From: Paramecium tetraurelia
Lineage: Eukaryota
NCBI GenBank assembly: GCA_000165425.1
Contig: CT868005.1
Coordinates: 186,001-250,000 of the forward strand
Direction: 5' to 3'
DNA: 64,000 bases
The position numbers were made by a program, and so were the translations under genes. The notes below the pieces were generated by a model that saw only the letters and a program-made list of their open reading frames with translations, had not been told where the DNA came from and searched no databases. Position 1 is the stretch's first letter. Each line of letters starts with the position of its first letter. Below are positions 56,301 to 64,000 of the stretch, piece after piece.

Positions 56301-57311
56301 TATTAATAGTTAGACAGACTTTTAGGTAACAAATCTTATGAGAGGTCATTTCTGTCCAAATTTGAAATGGACCAATGAAGTTTGGGGTTTGGATATATTT
56401 TAAGAAGACTAAGATAAATTTGTAACATGTTCTGATGATGGTACTGTTCGTGTTTGGTCTATTGCTGATAGGAAATAAGTTAAAATTGGTAGCACTCTTT
56501 TGACTGCTGATGGCAAAGAAGAGAAGAGGGATCTCAATACTGGAGATTTCACTGATTAATGTAAAGCACGTGTTGTTGCTACAAATCCAAAGGATGAAGG
56601 TTTCACTGCAGGAATGAAGGATGGTACTATAAGAGTCTATGATGCTGAATTTACTTAAACAAAAGTATTTAAATAGGCTAAGGAATGGATTAGTGATATC
56701 AAATTCTCCCCTGATGGTACTACTTGTGTTATTGGTTCACATGATAATGCACTTTATGCTTATAAATACCCTTCATGGAAAGCAATAGGCAAAAAAATGC
56801 TCAAACATTCATCATATATTACTCATTTTGACTTTAGTAGAGATGGTGTCAATTTGCATTCCACTTGTGGTGCATATGAACTTTTGTTTTGGGATGTTGC
56901 ATAATGCAAATAGGTATTATTTAGTTATCATTAATTTAGTTACCTGGTGGAGCATCTGCATTAAAGGATGAATTATGGTACACTTGGACAGTTACACTTG
57001 GATGGCCAGTCTAAGGTATTTGGCCTGAATGTGCTGATGGTACTGATATCAATGCTGTTGATCGATCCAATACTACTATAAATGGAAAGAATGATCCAAA
57101 AACATCTTATCATTTGCTTGCTTCTGGAGATGACTTTAGTCATGTTAGAATACTCAGATACCCAAGTTTGAAGAAATCATCCGAAGCAGTTGTTGGTACT
57201 GGCCATTCATCCCATGTTACCAATGTTAAATGGACCAAAGATGATTCAAGAATCATCTCAACCGGAGGAGAAGATTAATGTGTTTTCGTTTGGAAGGTTA
57301 CAAAAAAGTGA
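50386..57311 (+). CDS. EML6: EML5/EML6-like microtubule-associated WD40 protein with N-terminal EF-hands
   Basis: Three HELP-type motifs (LEYIYGYRCHDTRNN, LYHVHGFR..ECRD, IEYVHGYRTKDMRNN), WD40 repeats with GHSSHV; EF-hand loops DEDRDNKLGPKE and DLDRDGGFEYEE. Confidence 0.93.
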
Positions 57312-57891
57312 TAATTATGAATAAATCATAATTCAATTGTTTACACAACCCATATTGTTATAAACTTCTATTTCTCTGTTGGATCATCAAACCTTAATAC
57401 TTTTTAAGTTTTCCCATTTGTAATCTATGATTTATGATTGTTATTAGATTAATTCTGATGTAAAAGTGTGTTAATGGACATTGACATATTTATAATACTG
57501 ATTTTTAGTTGTATTTCATCTTCAAAGTCATGGAAAATTACATTTATTATAATTCTGCCTAATATCAGTTTTTCTAATATTCTTATTATGTAGATATTTA
57601 TTTTTTAATATAAAACTCAAGCTAATTTATTTGTAAATTTATTTCCTAACTTAACTCTTACAATAGTACTTCCTTTAGTATATGTTGAAGTAAGTCTAGT
57701 AATAAATTGGATATTGAAGTAATTCATGGAATTGGATGTGTTTTAAACTCATACGTAAATATAAAAATTGCACTTTACTTTGTACAATATTTAAGAAATT
57801 TGATACTTAAAAACAATATTGAGAATAACTAATTAATTGAAAAAGACATAATATAGATAACTAATGCATCATGAGATAGTTTGTATACAAT

Positions 57892-58342
57892 TCATTGTAT
57901 GTTTAATTTCTTCAACTTCTTTATAATGTGCTTTAAATCCTTTAATTAGAGAAGGATGTTCGAATTTTCCTGATTATTTAATTGGCTAGCATCATCTAGA
58001 GTGGCTACTTATTATATAAAAATATCTAAATTTAATGTTAATGGATACTTCGCCCTTCTGCAATATATTAGCTTGTCTTTGATTTCCTTTTGAGTTTTAT
58101 TTTTCTTATGCATTTGCTCAGCCCAGTGCTTACTTTGTTTATCGACCAATTTTATGATGGAGGAGATTAATGAATGGTGTGGTATAAATCGAGCATCGGA
58201 GAATCATCTTCTTAGAAGTTTTCATATGACTATTCGAATTGAGATTTCTTTTCTTATACATCATCGTATAGGTTAAAACTCATATGTAGGCAATAAAAAA
58301 ATAAAATAATTATTGAAATATGATGAAATACGATGAAATCAT
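57892..58342 (-). pseudogene. Small hypothetical gene or pseudogene
   Basis: Open frame PTYEFNLYDDVQEKK...AHYKKLKKLNIQ* with one good intron; it joins the ATG at 58342 only through a GT..AA intron-like segment. Confidence 0.4.
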
Positions 58343-60066
58343 TATAAGGGAACTAAATATATTTGATATTTATAAATAATCTCTTCTCACACACATTTAT
58401 AAAACAATATTATACCTAAGAATTAAAAAATATGACTTTAATTACAGTTCTTAGAAAATAAAGCTAGTAGAGTACAATTCTATTCTACAAGAGTATCTTC
58501 ATGCTTTCACATTCAATTTGTTGATAAAGACAGAGTATAAACTCATTTAATAATTAAGATATGGTTTAATCAATTGATGCAACAGTTATTACAAAATAAC
58601 CATAAGATTTTCTCTAAGAAATCCGTTACTAAATGTAATAATTATCAATAAATAGAAAGAATTCAGAATAATACAGATTGTTAATATTTATAATAATAAT
58701 GTTTTACCAATCAGATGGAAACTGTACATCCTAAATGTAAACCAATCTGCCTGTTATCCAAGTCAGTCGAGTCATCTTAAATTCATAAGAATAAAATTAC
58801 CTAATAATACTAAATCTTAAATATTACCTTAAGCCTCCTCTAACAATGAAAACAATGATAAATCGTATTGATTTGCAATCCTTAAACCAGACATCGTAGT
58901 TGATAATCTAATAAGGTGGTTTATTTTGTTAATGACTCTTGTAATAGTACAAATTTAATATACATTCTCATTTATATTTTTGACTATTGGGAAGAGAAAT
59001 GAAAAGTCTATTTTGCAACAGGAGCAATAAAAGCCCTTGTAATGGCAAAGAAGCCTCTCATCACAAATAAAATTTATAAATATTATTATAAAATGCATGT
59101 AATGATAAATTTATTTGTGTTTTATTCCTCCTCTTATTTTAAATATCTCCATTAGAGAGGAATAGAACTCATAGTCACTCGAAATTATTGGGAATTAATC
59201 TCTAATTAATTAAAAATGTTTCATTTTATATTACTTGTAACGTTGCTGAAACAATATCATTTAATACCTTAGACAAAGGAATAAAATTTACTTATATAAG
59301 AATATCAAAAGCTTATGATACTTTACATAGTTTTCCTAATTATTTGCTCCTAAATTTCCTCTCTTTTTTCTAAATATAATAACCTAACTTACTCGTCTTA
59401 CTGACTCAATCACTTTTTGATATAATTGCTAGGAGCTAAAGGTATAATACATCAAATCATAAGCTTTAATAAATGAATAATTATTCATTTTTTTGTAAAA
59501 CATTACTCCTTCAATTGAAAAAATTTTAATCCTTCTATACGACATTAAGAGTTAAAATAGAAAAGCATCTCTCATACACATACATTAGTAAGCCATTATT
59601 GTGTCTAGTGTCATTTGTTTCTCCTAAGTATTTTAGAAATTCATTTGATTTTACAGCATAAGTAATTTTTATAAATATCAATATCAGTTTCAATTATCTT
59701 AGATTAATTCGCAGTTCTATAGAGGTTTCATGTCTTTTTATTAAAATTCTATTTCAAATTTTCTCAAAGGTTTTATTTCGACTTCAACAATTTTACATTT
59801 TCAATTGACATACAATACACTAAGATTCTCATATAATTTCCTCTCTTTGAAGTATTGGTATATTAACTACAATTCTGATATTGCATGTTATGAAAAATTC
59901 ATTTATAATATATTGCATTAATCAAGATAAAATGGAAATAAATGAATCAAAAATCTTGTGTTCATATTATGGATATTAGATTAGTTCAAATTCTTTTATC
60001 CAATGATTTTATTGATAATTATTTGATTCTAATAATATTGTATTATTATTAATATACAAATAATTA

Positions 60067-60466
60067 ATGGACATATCAAAAATAGGAAGCTCTGCAATTG
60101 ATAAGTCATTTGGCCGAGGAGGGCAGTCTAAGGATGCTGTAGTAATAGTATCAAATTTGGAAATTCATAAACCTGTCGTCACTTTTTGTGATATGAATCA
60201 AGCCTAGAAAGAATTTGCATTTGAAACTGCTGAACATGCTTTTAGTATCTTACATTTGTTAATTTTAAGAATTGTCTGCTAAAAGAGAAAAGAGATATTT
60301 TAAAGACATAGCGGAATACATAAAAAATGAATTCGATAATAAATTTTAAGGGACATGGCATGTAATAGTTGGATTACACTTTGGGTCATTTGTTTCTTAT
60401 GAGAGTTAATGTATGATACATTTTTACATAAACTAATTGGGATTCATGATTTATAAGTTTGGCTGA
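60067..60466 (+). CDS. Dynein light chain, LC8 family
   Basis: [43 protein letters not shown]; one intron. Confidence 0.93.
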
Positions 60467-60763
60467 GCTATTTGATATGAACTATTATAGTTATTAAATA
60501 ATGTTAAAGAAAGAATCGACTTAAAGTTTGTTAATAAAATATCCTCTATAATATTAGTTGTTATTCTGTTAAGATTTCTAGATTCTTCTACGCCATTGTA
60601 ATTTGATATTTATTAGATTAGATCAATTACAAATTTTTGGAATCTCAATTCTCTTACTCAGGTATGTCTTGGGTATTAATTATGAATTATGCCTTTATCA
60701 AAAAAGTATGAATTTTTATTTAAAATTTATATCTTATTTAATAAAAAATACAGATTTTTGAAA

Positions 60764-61188
60764 TCAGATAACGAATCCCACTTCAGCACATGCAAAGTTA
60801 ACTTTTTTAGCATTTTAGAAATACAATTGGACACTGATTTTACCCTATTAATATTATTTAATTATTTTACAGATGGAGTAAAGGTTGGGAAGTTTTAGGT
60901 CAACTCGTAGGTAACACGATCTCCTTTGTCATAGACTTCGTCTTCTGGATAGTTGTCTTCAAAAGCATCCATTCCATTCCATTTGGCTTTGAGTAAAACA
61001 TTATCTAATTCTGCATGTTCGTTGGCAGATCCATAAAGTGTGATTGTTTCATCAACACCCTTAGCAGGTGTAACACTGAAAGTTGCCTCAGTGAAAACAA
61101 TCTTTGGATTCTCCATGCAATTTGTAACTTTGGTTGGGATGGCTGCTAAAATGGATGATACCAAGAGTAATGCAATGAGGTATTTCAT
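60764..61188 (-). CDS. Secreted ML-domain (MD-2/NPC2-like lipid-recognition) protein
   Basis: Signal peptide MKYLIALLLVSSILA, VTNC, TPAKG, FPTFTPSG and terminal FACAEVGFVI*; one intron. Confidence 0.75.
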
Positions 61189-61425
61189 TTTTTGATAATA
61201 TTATTAATATAATGTTATTAATAATTTCAGCTTTAAATGGCCGCATTACGCAATCAATATTTATAACCATCTAAAATGTATTATTGTATTCAAATTTTTC
61301 AATATTCCGCAAAAAAGTAGCTTCAATTAAGCTTTGCTAGTTTTTTGATATAATTCTAATTGAAAACTTTTTTGATTGTTATTTATATATTTATGACTAT
61401 AACAACCTAAAGGAAGATGTTAAGA

Positions 61426-62045
61426 ATGAATAACTTCATTATAGCTGCTTGTATCATAGCCATAGAATTTGGATAGACTGTGAGCCCATTTAATCATTTA
61501 TCCTGCAGTGAATCTATTTATCATATGAATAAATTTCCTATTGTTAATTTCAAATACTTTTCATCTTCTATCAACTATCTGCCCACCAGCAAGAGGATGT
61601 TGCCTAAATGGATCAACATACTCAGATACATCAAAATGCTCAACTGGAACAACCATACATTTACATTATTATTTCATAGATATGGATAAATTTTGTTTAT
61701 CAAAAGTATTGTTAATAATACATATCTAAAACCTGTCCAATCATCGACAGCTTATCTTTAAATTAATTGGAGCAACTTGTCAATAATCAGTATATGGATA
61801 TCACAAACTGAGGCAACATGTTTGTCTATCCACCTTCAGGAATATCAGTTCAACAATGCACTTGTAATACTTTAGGATCAACTTGAATAATGATCCAGCA
61901 ACAGCAAATTTATTATCAACAGGATATTTAAAAATACATTTGGTGCTTGTAATTGGTTATCAGAATTTGCAACAAATGGAACTTTAAAATAATGCTTTGG
62001 TTACTTTTATAAAATTGGTTTGCCAGCCTTCTATCATAGATTCCT
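61426..62045 (+). pseudogene. Decayed Cys/Thr-rich surface-protein-like gene
   Basis: Signal-like MNNFIIAACIIAIEFGQTVS...SCSE, then Cys/Thr-rich pieces (TICPPARGCCLNGST, GACNWLS) in different frames; ends approximate. Confidence 0.45.
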
Positions 62046-63141
62046 AATCGAAAAAATATTCATATTTACACATAATAAGAAGGAAAACTCAATTTTTATA
62101 GAAAATCTCAGGATAATATATTTGAATTTCATCAAGTGATACATCTACCTCTTGATATAACTCAAAATGTTGAACAATCATCATGAATAGAGCTTATTAC
62201 TAGTAAACTATTGAAAAGGAAAGATAGTTAAATCTATTCATTTTTGAAGTCAAAATTAATTTGAAATTTAAAATTAAATGATCGCATAACAAAATAAAAC
62301 GAAACTCTCTTCATTTTTAAATAGGATATCGATTTTAATAAATTATAATAATCTTGCAAAATCAAGTTTGAAAGGAATCCTAAGTTTTAATTATTAATAT
62401 TGTATTTCAATTATAATGTTCCTTTCTTCTTTAATAGATAAATACCACAATACTAATAAATTTCTTCTATCTGATTGTAAAAATAATAGATCTAAGATTA
62501 TAAAACTATTTCAAATCAAATAGTATTAATTTTATGCCTTAGAATTCATCTTTAAAGTTTAGGTTTCATAAGAATATCTACAGTAGTCGAAAAAACCTAC
62601 ATCAACAAAACTATTTTCAATAATTGAACCTGAATTATAAGTAGAAAAAATTGTTTGTAAGTTAATGCTATTGTTTTGTAAATAGAAAAAAAAAAGTTCT
62701 CTTATTTTTCAAAATTCATAATCACTTATTAATATTCCTACTCTATTTGTTGAAATTTACAATTAATGTTGTTCTCTATATGTTTCAAGATAAAATATAT
62801 TATTATAATTATTAGAATAAACAACAATATAAAACAATTGAATCTTATTAAAAATCAATTAAAGATGAATATCATATTAATTACGGACAGCTATTCATAT
62901 AAATGAAGCTTAATCTTATATTTTTCTTTCTAAATATGTCCTTTTCAATCATTTAGATAAACTGCCTGATTACTTGATTTATAGTTGAATGCCTGATAAG
63001 GGAAAGAGTGCTGATGCTGCAAGAGATGGAAATTAGAGAGGAATCAATGATTATACTAAAAAGCAAATATATATTATTTTTAATTAAATATGCAAATTTA
63101 ATTTAAATCTTTAAATAAAATATTTATTTAAAAATCAAAAT

Positions 63142-64000
63142 ATGCAATAAAAAGAAATTCAGCAATAATTACCTCCACAAACCACCCCACAACAAATGAA
63201 GACCATAATTTACATTGAAAATTTAGATCAGGTATGAAAGTCTTTAATAACATCTTTTAGGGTATCTCCGAAGATTATTTATATCGTAAATTTAAGGAAG
63301 TAGGTGAAATCCAAAGTTTAAAGATTACAAAGGACAAGACCACTCAGAAATCAAAGGGATAAGCATTCATTACCTTTGCTCATCCAGATTCTGCCGAAGA
63401 AGCAAGAAAGAAATTCAATAATTCAGTGTTCATCAGAAATGTCATCAGAGTCAAGCCATACTTCAATTATCACAATGCTGATAAAAAAGCCAACATCTTC
63501 ATTAACAATCTACCTGAAGATGCTGACATTTTAGAATTGGAGTAAGAGTTTTCCAGATACGGTACTGTGCAATCGGTCGATGTTCACAGAGACATTTTAG
63601 GAAAGCAATTGAAGTATGTCAATTAAGGTTAACCCATTTTAGTTATGGTTACGTTCAATTTGAGAAGAAGGAAGATGCTGATAACTTGATAAAGAGAGTT
63701 ATGAATCACCCAATAACTCACAAGGGGAAGTTGCTGAAGTTGGAGCAATTCAAAGCCCAATCGGAGAGAAAGGTGGAATCCAGTTCGATCTATCTGAGAG
63801 CCATTGCTAAACCATTACCTCAGAAGTATTGGGAATAGGATAAGGTGGTCAGAGCAATTGAATATGGATGGTCTTTGATTATCAAAGATTACTTCTAAAA
63901 ACACGGCACTTAAGTGAAGGACTGCTTTGTTAAGATCGATTTACACACAAGATAACCTTGGTCAATGATCTCATTCGAAAATTCAGAATAAGCAAAAGAC
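63142..64000 (+). CDS. Multi-RRM, polyadenylate-binding-protein-like (runs off the window)
   Basis: IYIENLD, SKGQAFITF, NIFINNLP and YGYVQFE RNP motifs; two tiny introns. Confidence 0.85.

Noticed and set aside
62940..63060. Purine-rich stretch with repeated TGCCTGAT as a possible ncRNA
   Set aside because: No convincing C/D or H/ACA box arrangement or terminal stem.

Overview
This is AT-rich, gene-dense ciliate macronuclear DNA, most likely Paramecium. TAA/TAG behave as Gln, TGA is the only stop, introns are tiny (about 22-30 nt, GT..AG) and many intergenic gaps are under 50 nt. The supplied standard-code ORF track is therefore fragmentary, and I re-translated the genes by hand with genetic code 6. 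About 35 protein genes can be supported. They include TTLL9, CDC14, syntaxin-18-like, a mitochondrial phosphate carrier, SURF1, a cyclic-nucleotide-binding-domain channel, a large PAS-type membrane protein, a protein kinase, a MiaA-like protein, a CnoX/YbbN-like protein, an EF-hand-EML6 fusion, a dynein light chain, an ML-domain protein and a PABP-like RRM protein. Several 1-2.7 kb low-coding islands hold decayed gene remnants. I found no tRNA, rRNA, CRISPR array, transposon or telomere, and no convincing multi-gene novel system. The best leads are a frameshifted Swt1-like HEPN pseudogene, a MiaA-like/CnoX-like head-to-head pair with only 9 nt between ATGs, a 49-aa small Tim, a K-channel-like protein with a TVGQN filter, a CHHC-like/C2H2/RING protein, and a frame anomaly in SURF1. 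All family assignments come from motif recognition by eye, with no database search.
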